Shown here: positions 19,660-29,340 of the stretch, piece by piece
Numbering within the stretch: position 1 is the first letter of the stretch
How the letters are laid out: every line of letters begins with the position of its first letter
Assembly: GCA_045536565.1 (NCBI GenBank)
Contig: JAZSNU010000020.1
Location: 71,275-135,274 of the forward strand
Source: Clostridia bacterium
GTDB lineage: Bacteria; Bacillota; Clostridia; TANB77; CAG-465
Reading direction: 5' to 3'
DNA: 64,000 nucleotides
Notes under the pieces: generated by a model
Told to the model about the DNA's origin: nothing
What the model saw: the letters and a program-made list of their open reading frames with translations, nothing else
Databases searched by the model: none
Program-made: the position numbers and the translations under genes

Positions 19660-20688
19660 TTATAAAGAAGATGCTTGTATTGCTTTTGCACCATCATAAT
19701 TTTCTTTTATACATTCTATAAATTTATCTGCTAGCATAGGGTCAAATTGTTTTCCTTTACCTTTTGCTATTTCCTCTAACCCAAATTCTATTGTTGTTGC
19801 ATCTTTATATGGCCTTTTAGCAGTTATAGCATCAAAAGAATCACATATAGTAAGGATTCTAGTTAGATATGGGATTTCATCTCCTCTTAATCCAGAAGGA
19901 TATCCTAAACCATCATATTGTTCATGGTGGTATTTAATTAGAGGAAGCGCATCTTTAAAAATTTCAGATGTAGATAATATGTTTGTTCCAATTAAAGTGT
20001 GTAATTTCATATGGTTGTATTCTTCGTCTGTTAATTTTGTACTTTTTAAAAGAATTGTATCTGCTATTCCTATTTTTCCGACATCATGGAATTGAGCAGC
20101 AAGTACAAGTGTATTTAGTTCATCGCTATTTAAGTTTAAATAATTTCCAAACATTGTTGAATATTTAGCAACTCTATCTGAATGATCTTTGGTAAAGTTG
20201 TCTTTCGCACCAACTGTATTTTTAAGGATGTCTGCAACTTCAATTGCGTGTAGCTCGATTGTATGAGCCATTTTTTTTACATTTTCTAAACTAGCTATAT
20301 ATTTAAATCCGCTTTCAATCAAAAGAACTAATTGATCAAATCTTGAACTTTTTTCAAAATATGCTTGTATATCCAAAGAACGCATTGTATCTATAGAAGG
20401 AGTTAGTTCTTTGTGGGCTGACATCAAGATTATATAAATTTCTTTGTTAAATTCTCTAACAAGTTTAACTATTTCATCTCCTCTTACAGGGTTCATCAAG
20501 TAATTTATAATAAGTATATCATATTGATTGTTTTTTAAGTTTTCGAGTGCAGTTATTGCCTCTGTAAAAGGGCTAACTTGTATATTATATTTCTTTAAAA
20601 CGACGCTCATAGCATCCATCATCCCTACATCGTCGTCAATTACCATTACTTTGCTTTTTCTGCCTGTAACTTGCTCTAATTCGTTCAT
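19660..20688 (-). CDS. response regulator with HD-GYP c-di-GMP phosphodiesterase domain
   Basis: N-terminal REC (VMVIDDDVGMMD..., D..ILIINYLMNPVRGDE) plus HD...HHEQYDGLGYP. RBS GGAGGTC. Confidence 0.85.
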   Translation of the reverse strand: MNELEQVTGRKSKVMVIDDDVGMMDAMSVVLKKYNIQVSPFTEAITALENLKNNQYDILIINYLMNPVRGDEIVKLVREFNKEIYIILMSAHKELTPSIDTMRSLDIQAYFEKSSRFDQLVLLIESGFKYIASLENVKKMAHTIELHAIEVADILKNTVGAKDNFTKDHSDRVAKYSTMFGNYLNLNSDELNTLVLAAQFHDVGKIGIADTILLKSTKLTDEEYNHMKLHTLIGTNILSTSEIFKDALPLIKYHHEQYDGLGYPSGLRGDEIPYLTRILTICDSFDAITAKRPYKDATTIEFGLEEIAKGKGKQFDPMLADKFIECIKENYDGAKAIQASSL

Positions 20689-20765
20689 ATATGACCTCCG
20701 TATATTATACCAAGTTAATTATATCAAATATGAAAAAAATATACAACAACAATTTTAATAATATT

Positions 20766-20978
20766 TTAGTTTAATCTAAAAGTTCCAAGAGTCACCGCAA
20801 AATCATTAGGATATACTGTTATTGCTTCAACTGTTAAATTACCTGTAAGAAGTAATAATATAACAAGCAATTTATTTAAATCTAAATCATTAAAAGGATT
20901 ATTAGATGATATATTATTAAAATGATTTTGAGAATTATTTATAAATGGAAGGTCAAGGCTATTTAGAAAATCGTTCAT
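20766..20978 (-). CDS. small hypothetical protein (70 aa)
   Basis: RBS AGGTGA. Asn-rich, one hydrophobic stretch. Weak call. Confidence 0.3.
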   Translation of the reverse strand: MNDFLNSLDLPFINNSQNHFNNISSNNPFNDLDLNKLLVILLLLTGNLTVEAITVYPNDFAVTLGTFRLN

Positions 20979-21066
20979 AAAAAATCACCTATTAAAATAT
21001 ACTCTTCTTATTGAATTATTATACACATCGTAGTATAATAACTTAGGTAAAGGCAAGGGTGAATAT

Positions 21067-21753
21067 ATGAATAAAAGTAAATTTTTTACAGCAATTATTA
21101 CTATTGGTATATCGGTAATAATACTATTAGTTATATTTAACTATCTATTTAATAATAGTTCTAAGATAAATCAAGGAAAATTCAGGATATCTGATACTAT
21201 ATTAACAAGTGTAGTAGAATTAGAAGATAAAGCAGAGTTGGAAAACGAATGGAAGTTTGATATATCACAAAACAATAAAATATCTATGCTTATTAAGACG
21301 GATAAAGGTATAGGTATTAAAGAGGTATATTTGGAAAAAGTTAAAGTAAAGTCAAAAAATGATGTTAGTATATATATAGAACAAGATAAATATGAACTTA
21401 GCTATGAATACGGCAAAATAAAAGATAGAAAAGTTAATATATATACAGAAGAAACACAAGATGGAATTTACTTAATAGAATTTGATGTTAAGAATGAAGA
21501 TATTATTTCAAACTTTAATATTCCGGAAGAAATAAAAGAACTTAGACATGATGGAACAATTTTAAATATTGCAAAGGTATCAATTTCTGATATCGTATTT
21601 ACTTTAAAATATAATTTGGTAATTGTTGAAAACGGTGGACAAATAAACAAATGTAAAATACTAATAGAAATGCCTAATTCAAAAATAATTACAGAAGGAT
21701 TATCAGTTGAAAGGTTAGATTGTTCTAAATTTAATTTTAAAGTCGAATATTAA
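21067..21753 (+). CDS. hypothetical membrane-anchored protein
   Basis: N-terminal TM, RBS AAGGGTGA. Confidence 0.5.
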   Translation: MNKSKFFTAIITIGISVIILLVIFNYLFNNSSKINQGKFRISDTILTSVVELEDKAELENEWKFDISQNNKISMLIKTDKGIGIKEVYLEKVKVKSKNDVSIYIEQDKYELSYEYGKIKDRKVNIYTEETQDGIYLIEFDVKNEDIISNFNIPEEIKELRHDGTILNIAKVSISDIVFTLKYNLVIVENGGQINKCKILIEMPNSKIITEGLSVERLDCSKFNFKVEY

Positions 21754-21771
21754 AAAAATAGTAAGAAAAGA

Positions 21772-21800
21772 TTGATTAATTAAATGACATAGGGTATAAT
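21772..21800 (+). promoter_or_regulatory. promoter for SRP RNA (TTGATT-17-TATAAT)
   Basis: TTGATT at 21772-21777 and TATAAT at 21795-21800. Confidence 0.45.
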
Positions 21801-21802
21801 AT

Positions 21803-21895
21803 GCGTAGTCGCTTAGGCGATAAGGTGTTTGTGAACCTTGTCAGATCCGGAAGGAAGCAGCAATAAGCATACTACCTTATGCGCCGTAAGCGATT
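21803..21895 (+). ncRNA. ffs: signal recognition particle RNA, short (4.5S-like) form
   Basis: Contains the near-invariant domain-IV motif GTCAGATCCGGAAGGAAGCAGC. The flanks TCGCTTAGGCGATAAGGT and ACCTTATGCGCCGTAAGCGA pair into a long helix. Followed by TTTTATT. Lies immediately upstream of dnaX, as in Bacillus. Confidence 0.75.
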
Positions 21896-21924
21896 TTATT
21901 ATACATATTTTAAGGGGTGAGAAT

Positions 21925-23463
21925 ATGTCATATGTAGCGTTGTATAGAAAGTATAGACCGCTTGATTTTGACTCGGTAGTAGGTCAAAATCATATAACGG
22001 ATATATTAAGAAAACAAATAATAAATGACAAAATATCTCATGCGTACATTTTTAGTGGAAGTAGGGGAACTGGAAAAACATCTACTGCTAAAATATTTTC
22101 AAGAGCAGTTAATTGCTTGAATTTAAAGGATGGAAATCCATGTAATGAATGTGCAGCATGTAAAAGTATATTAGATGATGAAACGACAGATGTTGTAGAA
22201 ATGGACGCAGCTTCTAACAATTCAGTAGAAAACATTAGAGCGATAAGGCAAGAAGTTATTTATGCAACAACAAATTTAAAGTATAAAATATACATAATAG
22301 ATGAAGCACATATGCTATCAACAAGTGCTTTTAATGCTTTGCTTAAAACATTAGAAGAGCCGCCAGAGAATGTTATATTTATACTTGCTACTACTGAAGA
22401 ACATAAATTACTTCCAACTATACTTTCAAGATGTATGAGATTTGAATTTAAAAAGATATCAATAGATGATGTTGTAAAAAGAATAGAATATATATTGCAA
22501 GATAGCAATATAGAATATGAAAAAGAAGCAGTATCATATGTTGCAAGTATTTGTGATGGTGGTATGAGAGATGCATTAAGCATTCTTGAAAGATGTATAG
22601 AAGATGAAAATGCTAAAATAACATTAGATAAGATACAAGACATAGTAGGAATGTCAGATATAAACATATTAAAAGAATTAGCAAAAGGTATATTAGAATA
22701 TGACCTAGCAAAAGCAAATGAATCTACGCAAAAGATTTTAGATACAGGTAAGGATGTAAGGTATATTACAACGGAACTTTTAGATATATTTATGGGATAT
22801 ATGCTAAGTAGTGAAAACAAGGAAAATGTAATTAGATACAACTATATTATAAAAGAACTATCAAAATTAGATAGCGATTTAAGACAAGCAATAAATGTTA
22901 ATATATTGTTTAAAGCTAAAATAATAGAGCTTTGCACAAAAGTTGTATATGAAGATAAGGCGGATTTGTTGGAAAAAATAGAAAAACTAGAAATGAGAAT
23001 AAAGAACTTAGAAGAAAACAAATCAAATATTGTATATAAAGAGATAGAAGTAAAAAAAGAAGTAGAGAACAAACCAAAGGAAGTAGTTAAAGAAAATGCA
23101 TCTGATAAAAAGGAAGATAAATCGAAAATAAGTAAGGAAAAAGCAAACAATATATTGTTTAAAGACTTTGATAAGCTTAGAAATATAGTAATGGAAAAAG
23201 ATAATCTACAATTATTCTCTGCTCTTACAGGTGTTAAAGCATTTCAAAATGGAGACGAAATAGTATTTAATACTGAAAATAAATTTGCCTATACCATTTT
23301 AAGTAAAAATGAAAATACTGAAATGCTAAGGGAAATAACACATGAAATAGTAGACCCTGATTGTAATATAAAAATACAGTATGGAAGCAAAGAAAATAAA
23401 ACTCAAAACAATTTCGAATCATATATGCAAAATAACGAAATACCGTTTACTGCAATTGATTAA
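21925..23463 (+). CDS. dnaX: DNA polymerase III subunits tau/gamma
   Basis: MSYVALYRKYRP...GSRGTGKTSTAKIF (Walker A), zinc module C..C..CNECAAC, SRC motif. Start moved to the ATG after AAGGGGTGAG. The ORF-track N-terminal extension overlaps ffs. Confidence 0.9.
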   Translation: MSYVALYRKYRPLDFDSVVGQNHITDILRKQIINDKISHAYIFSGSRGTGKTSTAKIFSRAVNCLNLKDGNPCNECAACKSILDDETTDVVEMDAASNNSVENIRAIRQEVIYATTNLKYKIYIIDEAHMLSTSAFNALLKTLEEPPENVIFILATTEEHKLLPTILSRCMRFEFKKISIDDVVKRIEYILQDSNIEYEKEAVSYVASICDGGMRDALSILERCIEDENAKITLDKIQDIVGMSDINILKELAKGILEYDLAKANESTQKILDTGKDVRYITTELLDIFMGYMLSSENKENVIRYNYIIKELSKLDSDLRQAINVNILFKAKIIELCTKVVYEDKADLLEKIEKLEMRIKNLEENKSNIVYKEIEVKKEVENKPKEVVKENASDKKEDKSKISKEKANNILFKDFDKLRNIVMEKDNLQLFSALTGVKAFQNGDEIVFNTENKFAYTILSKNENTEMLREITHEIVDPDCNIKIQYGSKENKTQNNFESYMQNNEIPFTAID

Positions 23464-23508
23464 TAAATTTTAAAATCAAAAATATAATAATAGAAAGGAT
23501 GATTAAAA

Positions 23509-23838
23509 ATGGCAAAATTCGGAGGATTCCCAGGTGGAGGAATGAATATTCAAAATTTAATGAAACAAGCACAAAAAATGCAAGCAGATATGCAAAAGAA
23601 ACAAGCAGAGGTAGCAAGTAAAGAAATAGTTACATCAGCAGGTGGAGAGGCTGTTGTTGTTAAAGCAACAGGAGATAAAGTTATAAAAGAAATTATAATA
23701 AAAAAAGAAGTAGTAGACCCAGAAGATGTAGAAATGCTACAAGACTTAATTCTTACTGCGGTTAATGAAGCGTTAGGCAAAGCAGATAGTATGATGCAAG
23801 AAGGTTTAGGAGATTTTAACATACCAGGATTAATGTAG
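23509..23838 (+). CDS. ybaB: nucleoid-associated protein YbaB/EbfC
   Basis: 109 aa with typical N-terminal QAQKMQ and C-terminal PGLM. Conserved dnaX-ybaB-recR order. Confidence 0.9.
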   Translation: MAKFGGFPGGGMNIQNLMKQAQKMQADMQKKQAEVASKEIVTSAGGEAVVVKATGDKVIKEIIIKKEVVDPEDVEMLQDLILTAVNEALGKADSMMQEGLGDFNIPGLM

Positions 23839-23848
23839 GAGATAAAAT

Positions 23849-24442
23849 ATGTATTCAGAATCAGTTCAAAAGTTAATTAAAGAGTTTGAAAAATTTCCTG
23901 GGATAGGTCATAAAACAGCAGTAAGGCTTGCCTTTTATGTTTTAGAAGAAGATGAATCTTTTGCTAAAAATATGGCAAGTGCAATTGTTGAAGCCAAGAG
24001 CAAAGTTAAATTTTGCTCTAAATGCTTTAATATGACAGATACTGACCCATGTTCAATATGCTCAAATCAAAAAAGAGATAAAGAGTTACTTTGCGTTGTA
24101 GAAGATGTAAAAGATGTAGTTGCAATGGAAAAAACACATGAATTTAAAGGAATGTACCATGTACTTCATGGAGCAATATCTCCTATGAATAATGTGTCTG
24201 CCGCAGATATAAAGATAAAAGAATTAGTTTCAAGACTTTCAGATAATGAAATTAAAGAGGTAATTATTGCAACAAATCCTACTATTGAAGGTGAGGCAAC
24301 AGCAATGTATATATCAAGACTTTTGAAACCATTAGGTGTAAAAGTTACTAGAATTGCACATGGAATACCAGTAGGAGGCGACCTAGAATATACTGATGAA
24401 ATTACACTAATTAAAGCCTTAGAAGGTAGAAGGGAAATGTAA
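23849..24442 (+). CDS. recR: recombination protein RecR
   Basis: HhH, C4 zinc finger (CSKC...CSIC), Toprim. 197 aa. Confidence 0.9.
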   Translation: MYSESVQKLIKEFEKFPGIGHKTAVRLAFYVLEEDESFAKNMASAIVEAKSKVKFCSKCFNMTDTDPCSICSNQKRDKELLCVVEDVKDVVAMEKTHEFKGMYHVLHGAISPMNNVSAADIKIKELVSRLSDNEIKEVIIATNPTIEGEATAMYISRLLKPLGVKVTRIAHGIPVGGDLEYTDEITLIKALEGRREM

Positions 24443-24443
24443 T

Positions 24444-25808
24444 ATGGATAAATTTAAAAAATTAAGACAAGATTATCCAATATTTGAATATAACTCATAC
24501 AAAATAGAATATAACAAGGGAAACATTAAAGTACAGTATTACTTTAATGTTCCTGGTCTTACCCAGTTTAGTCCAAGCTGGGATTTTCCATTTGCGGGAG
24601 AGTTAACAGAGCAGCAAAAAACATTATTTGAAACTGTTATATTTAACTTGGGCATGGTTGAGGTTGTGTCATACTTAAAGGCAACTTGTTCACCAAAGCT
24701 TATTGTAAAAACCGGAGAGTTAAATAATGAACAAATAGATTGGTATAAAAAGTTATATATTAATGGATTAGGAGAATTTTTCTATGTAAATGGGTTAGCG
24801 CATGAAATGAATATAGATACATTTGTAAATATTATATGTGAAACTGATAAAAGTCATATTGAAGCCAAAGAATCAAATATAGATTTAGATGGTAATTTAA
24901 TACCAGTTGGTGGAGGGAAAGATTCTGTTTTAACATTAGAGGTGTTAGAAGAAGAAAAAAACACCAATACTTGTTATATTGTTAATCCGAGAGGGGCTTC
25001 ATACGAATGTGCAAAAATGGCGGGATATGATGATAATGATATATATTGTCCAAAAAGATATTTAGATAAGAAAATAATAGAATTAAATAATCAAGGTTTC
25101 TTAAATGGACATACACCATTTTCCGCTATACTTGCATTTTCTTCATATGCATCTGCAATATTACTTGGTAAAAAATATATAGTGCTATCAAATGAGGATA
25201 GTGCAAATGAATCAAATGTTGAGGGAACAAGTATAAATCATCAGTATTCAAAAAGTATTGAATTTGAAAATGATTTTAGGTATTATGCTAAAAAATATTT
25301 ATGCCAAAATGGTCCGGAATATTTTAGTTTATTAAGACCAATAAGTGAATGGCAAATAGTAAAAGGGTTTGTAAAGAGTTCAAAATATTTTGAAATATTT
25401 AAAAGTTGTAATGTTGGTTCTAAAACTGATATATGGTGTGAGGACTGTCCTAAATGTTTGTATGTATATATAATGTTAGATGCTTTTTTAGAAGATAGTT
25501 ATATGAATAAAATATTTAAAACAAATATGCTTGAGAATAATAAATTAGAAAATATATTTAATGGTTTAGTATATCCAAATTATGACAAACCTTTTGAATG
25601 TGTAGGCACAAAAGAGGAAGTAAATCTGTGTATTGATATGATAATATCTAAACTAAAAAAACAAAACAAGGACTTACCAGTTCTTTTAAGAAACCATAAA
25701 GTAGAGCAAGAGTTGGAAGATAGAATAAATAAAATGGTAAATAATTGGAATAACAATAATAATTTACCAAAAGAATTTGAAATAAAGTTGAGAGAATATT
25801 TAATGTAA
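24444..25808 (+). CDS. PP-loop ATP-pyrophosphatase-like protein of unknown function (candidate MurL-type UDP-MurNAc-L-Ala-L-Glu epimerase)
   Basis: 454 aa. About 150-aa N-terminal domain of unknown type, then PP-loop IPVGGGKDS (SGGxDS) and a C-terminal Cys cluster CEDCPKC. Start overlaps the recR stop; the next gene is a MurD-family ligase 16 nt downstream. Confidence 0.5.
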   Translation: MDKFKKLRQDYPIFEYNSYKIEYNKGNIKVQYYFNVPGLTQFSPSWDFPFAGELTEQQKTLFETVIFNLGMVEVVSYLKATCSPKLIVKTGELNNEQIDWYKKLYINGLGEFFYVNGLAHEMNIDTFVNIICETDKSHIEAKESNIDLDGNLIPVGGGKDSVLTLEVLEEEKNTNTCYIVNPRGASYECAKMAGYDDNDIYCPKRYLDKKIIELNNQGFLNGHTPFSAILAFSSYASAILLGKKYIVLSNEDSANESNVEGTSINHQYSKSIEFENDFRYYAKKYLCQNGPEYFSLLRPISEWQIVKGFVKSSKYFEIFKSCNVGSKTDIWCEDCPKCLYVYIMLDAFLEDSYMNKIFKTNMLENNKLENIFNGLVYPNYDKPFECVGTKEEVNLCIDMIISKLKKQNKDLPVLLRNHKVEQELEDRINKMVNNWNNNNNLPKEFEIKLREYLM

Positions 25809-25823
25809 GTTTGAGGAGAATAC

Positions 25824-27110
25824 ATGTTAAAACAAAAAATAATAGAGGAACTTAAAAATAAAAAGGTATTAATTTTAGGTTTTGGAAGAGAAGGAAGAAG
25901 TACATATAACTTCATACAAAACAACAATGTAAACTGTATATTGGGAGTAGCGGATAAGAATGAAATAGTAGATGAGAAAATAGTAAATAGTAATATAAGT
26001 TTATATACAGATGAAAAGTATTTAGATAGTATATTTGAATATGATATTGTAATGAAATCACCTGGAATATCATTAAAAGATATTGATTATTCTAGTATTG
26101 AAGATAAAATAACATCTCAAACAGAACTTTTCTTAAAGTATGCATCAAAAAAAACAATAGGTATAACAGGTACAAAGGGAAAAAGTACAACATCTTCTAT
26201 TTTACACAATATGTTAAAAACAAAGTATAACACAATGCTTGTTGGAAATATTGGTAAGCCAGTATTTGAAGAAATTGATAAATATAACGATATAGACTAT
26301 TATGTGTATGAATTATCTTCTCACCAATTAGAGCATGTAGGATATAGTCCTCATATATCGGTTTTACTTAATATGTATGAGGAGCATCTTGACCATTATA
26401 ACTCATTTGACGAATATAAAGATGCAAAGAGAAATATATTTAAACATCAAAAAGAAACAGATTACTTAATATATAATCAAGATATGGAAGATATAATTTT
26501 AGGAGGTTATAGTCCAATACAAAACATATTAGATATATCAAAAATAGATTTTGAAATTAAAACAAATCTTATTGGAAAGCATAATGAGTACAATATGAGT
26601 GTAGCAGTAACCATAGCAGTATTACTGGGTGTAGATAATATGAGCATATCAAATTCGTTGCAAGAATTTAAAGGACTTCCACATAGATTAGAATATGTAG
26701 GGAAATATAATAATATTTATTTTGTAGATGATTCTATTGCAACTATACCAGAGGCGACTATTTCTGCTATTGAAAGCATAGAAAATGTTAGCACAGTTAT
26801 AATAGGTGGAATGGATAGGGGAATAGATTATACTAATTTAATAGATTACCTTAATAATAGTAATTTAGATAATATAGTGTTAATGAATGATAGTGGAAAG
26901 AGAATATATGCTGGGTTAAACAAAACAAATAGAAAAAACAATATAGTCATAGTAAATAGTTTAGAAGAAGCAGTAAAATATGCAATTCAGAATACAAACA
27001 AAAATATGACATGTCTATTATCTCCTGCCGCGGCAAGTTATGGAATATTCAAAAACTTTGAACAGCGAGGAGATAAATTTAAAGAATATATTATAAAATA
27101 TACAAAATAA
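25824..27110 (+). CDS. MurD-family UDP-N-acetylmuramoyl-L-alanine--glutamate ligase (MurD or MurD2)
   Basis: Mur ligase motifs GITGTKGKSTT, SSHQLE, KHNEYN, GLPHRLEYV, DDSIATIPEAT, SPAAASYGIFKNFEQRG, all co-linear with MurD. Confidence 0.8.
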   Translation: MLKQKIIEELKNKKVLILGFGREGRSTYNFIQNNNVNCILGVADKNEIVDEKIVNSNISLYTDEKYLDSIFEYDIVMKSPGISLKDIDYSSIEDKITSQTELFLKYASKKTIGITGTKGKSTTSSILHNMLKTKYNTMLVGNIGKPVFEEIDKYNDIDYYVYELSSHQLEHVGYSPHISVLLNMYEEHLDHYNSFDEYKDAKRNIFKHQKETDYLIYNQDMEDIILGGYSPIQNILDISKIDFEIKTNLIGKHNEYNMSVAVTIAVLLGVDNMSISNSLQEFKGLPHRLEYVGKYNNIYFVDDSIATIPEATISAIESIENVSTVIIGGMDRGIDYTNLIDYLNNSNLDNIVLMNDSGKRIYAGLNKTNRKNNIVIVNSLEEAVKYAIQNTNKNMTCLLSPAAASYGIFKNFEQRGDKFKEYIIKYTK

Positions 27111-27252
27111 GGAACTTTTTTCCTTATTTTTTTCTGTTGTTATAAAGTATAAAAACAAATTACAAAAAAATTACACTTTTTATACAAAAAGTATAGTCAA
27201 ATTATATTTTTGTGATATAATTAATACAAATTGATGTTAAAGAGGTGTCGGT

Positions 27253-27939
27253 ATGGATAAGAAAATATTAATAGTTGATGATGAAAAACCAATTGTTGAT
27301 ATATTAAAATTTAATCTAGAAAAAGAAGGATACAAAACTATCGAAGCATATGATGGAGAACAAGCAGTTGCTCTTGCTTTTGAATCAAATCCAGATTTAA
27401 TAATATTGGATGTAATGCTTCCTAAAATGGATGGGTTTACTGTATGTAAAAAAATAAGACAAAAATTAACTTGCCCAGTAATAATGCTTACAGCTAAAGA
27501 GGAAGTTGTAGATAAAATAATTGGTTTGGAACTTGGCGCAGATGACTATATGACAAAACCATTTAGTATCCGTGAATTAACTGCTAGAATTAAGGCTAAT
27601 TTAAGAAAACATGTTATACAAGAAGAGGTTGAAGAAGAGAATCAAACTAGTATTAAAATTAAAGATTTGGTTCTAGATTCTGAAAAATATGTTGTAATAA
27701 AAAATGGAACAATAATTGACCTTACAATGAAAGAGTTTGAAGTACTTAAACTTTTAGCAACTCATGCAGGACAAGTATTTACAAGAGAACAAATACTTAA
27801 AAATGTGTGGGGATATGATTACTATGGAGATTTAAGATCAGTTGATGTTACAATAAGAAGAATAAGAGAAAAAATTGAAGACAATACAGCTGAACCTAAA
27901 TATATTATAACAAAAAGAGGAATAGGATATTATGTTTAA
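27253..27939 (+). CDS. OmpR-family response regulator (WalR/YycF-like)
   Basis: MDKKILIVDDEKPIVDIL..., winged-helix C-terminus. High similarity in layout to WalR. Confidence 0.85.
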   Translation: MDKKILIVDDEKPIVDILKFNLEKEGYKTIEAYDGEQAVALAFESNPDLIILDVMLPKMDGFTVCKKIRQKLTCPVIMLTAKEEVVDKIIGLELGADDYMTKPFSIRELTARIKANLRKHVIQEEVEEENQTSIKIKDLVLDSEKYVVIKNGTIIDLTMKEFEVLKLLATHAGQVFTREQILKNVWGYDYYGDLRSVDVTIRRIREKIEDNTAEPKYIITKRGIGYYV

Positions 27940-29326
27940 ATCTATTAAATCAAGTATAAGAATATTTGCAATACTTATGGTACTTATTACATCTTTATTA
28001 ACAATGATGTTGGTGTCATATAAGCATACAGGAAAAATAGAGATTACATTTGACACACTAATTGTAGTAGCAATTGGTGTGTTAGTTTTAGTGGGCTTTA
28101 TTGTGGCTACTGCAATTTCAAAAGGTATAACTATGCCAATGAAAAAGATGGAAAAAGCCATGAATAATATACTAAGCGGAAGATTAAACAATGTAAATAA
28201 AAGAATGTTAACAGAACATGCAAAATCAGAAGAAATGCAAAATTTTGTTGGTATTTTTGATGATATGATGAATATGATGGCAAAGAAAAACTTTGACCTA
28301 AATAGTGAAGAAAGTAAAACAGAGATAATACTTGAACATATGGCAGATGGAGTAGTTGCTTTTTCTGTAAATAGGCAAGTGATACATATGAATAAAGCAG
28401 CAATGGAACTGCTTGGAATTACAAGTGGTGAGGATACATTTGAAAAAATTGTAAAGAAGATAGGTATAAAATTAGAATTTGATAAAATAATGTACCTTCC
28501 AAATTACAAGAATATTGAACAAGAAGTAAGTGTAAATGATAATGTTTTAAAACTTGTTTTAGTGCCATATCATAGCAATAAAATGATGCCTATGGGTGTT
28601 ATATTAATAGTAAAGAATATAACAGAAAGTATTAAGTTGGATGATATGAGAAAAGAATTTGTTGCAAATGTTTCTCATGAGTTAAAAACACCACTTACAT
28701 CGATTAAAGGATATTCCGAAACAATATTAAATGGTGGTTTGTCACCCGAAGAAAGCGAAAGATTTATTAAAGTAATAAACAATGAAGCAAATAGAATGAA
28801 TAGGCTTGTGCAAGATTTACTTCAACTTTCTAGATTTGATTATCAGAAGAATAAATTTACAGCAGTTAAATTTAATTTAGATGATTTAGCAAAAGAAGTA
28901 GCAGAAAAAATGCAGTATGTAGCATCTGAGAAAAAGCATAAGTTAGAATGCATAATTAATATGGTGCCACCTCCAATATTTGCCGATAAAGATGCAATTG
29001 AGCAAGTAATAATAAATGTAGTAAGCAATAGTATTAAATATACACCAGATGGTGGAGAGATATTTATATATGTTGGAAATATTGCAGGTAAAGCATATAT
29101 AAAAGTGGTGGACAATGGCATAGGTATCCCAGAAAAAGATTTAAAAAGAATATTTGAAAGATTTTATAGGGTAGATAAAGCCCGTTCGAGAGAGATGGGT
29201 GGAACAGGTCTCGGTCTTTCTATTGTAAAAGAAATTGTAGATAAAAACAACGGAACAATTGAAATGAAGAGCGAACCAGGTAAAGGAACAGAAGTAATAA
29301 TAACATTACCTACAAAAACAAATTAG
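27932..29326 (+). CDS. sensor histidine kinase (WalK-like, short form)
   Basis: Two TM segments, HAMP/PAS region, H-box SHELKTPLTSIKGY, HATPase (N, G1 DNGIGI, G2 GGTGLGLSIV). Overlaps the regulator by 8 nt. Confidence 0.85.
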   Translation: MFKSIKSSIRIFAILMVLITSLLTMMLVSYKHTGKIEITFDTLIVVAIGVLVLVGFIVATAISKGITMPMKKMEKAMNNILSGRLNNVNKRMLTEHAKSEEMQNFVGIFDDMMNMMAKKNFDLNSEESKTEIILEHMADGVVAFSVNRQVIHMNKAAMELLGITSGEDTFEKIVKKIGIKLEFDKIMYLPNYKNIEQEVSVNDNVLKLVLVPYHSNKMMPMGVILIVKNITESIKLDDMRKEFVANVSHELKTPLTSIKGYSETILNGGLSPEESERFIKVINNEANRMNRLVQDLLQLSRFDYQKNKFTAVKFNLDDLAKEVAEKMQYVASEKKHKLECIINMVPPPIFADKDAIEQVIINVVSNSIKYTPDGGEIFIYVGNIAGKAYIKVVDNGIGIPEKDLKRIFERFYRVDKARSREMGGTGLGLSIVKEIVDKNNGTIEMKSEPGKGTEVIITLPTKTN

Positions 29327-29340
29327 AAAGGATATATGGC

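Noticed and set aside
21838-21924. N-terminal 29-codon extension of dnaX in the ORF track
   Set aside because: Overlaps the SRP RNA conserved core and precedes the true RBS/ATG at 21925, so it is not translated.
22038-23150. Minus-strand ORFs inside dnaX (22038..22235, 22260..22841, 22842..23150)
   Set aside because: Antisense to a well-supported dnaX frame. Low-complexity S/F/L-rich translations typical of AT-rich antisense.
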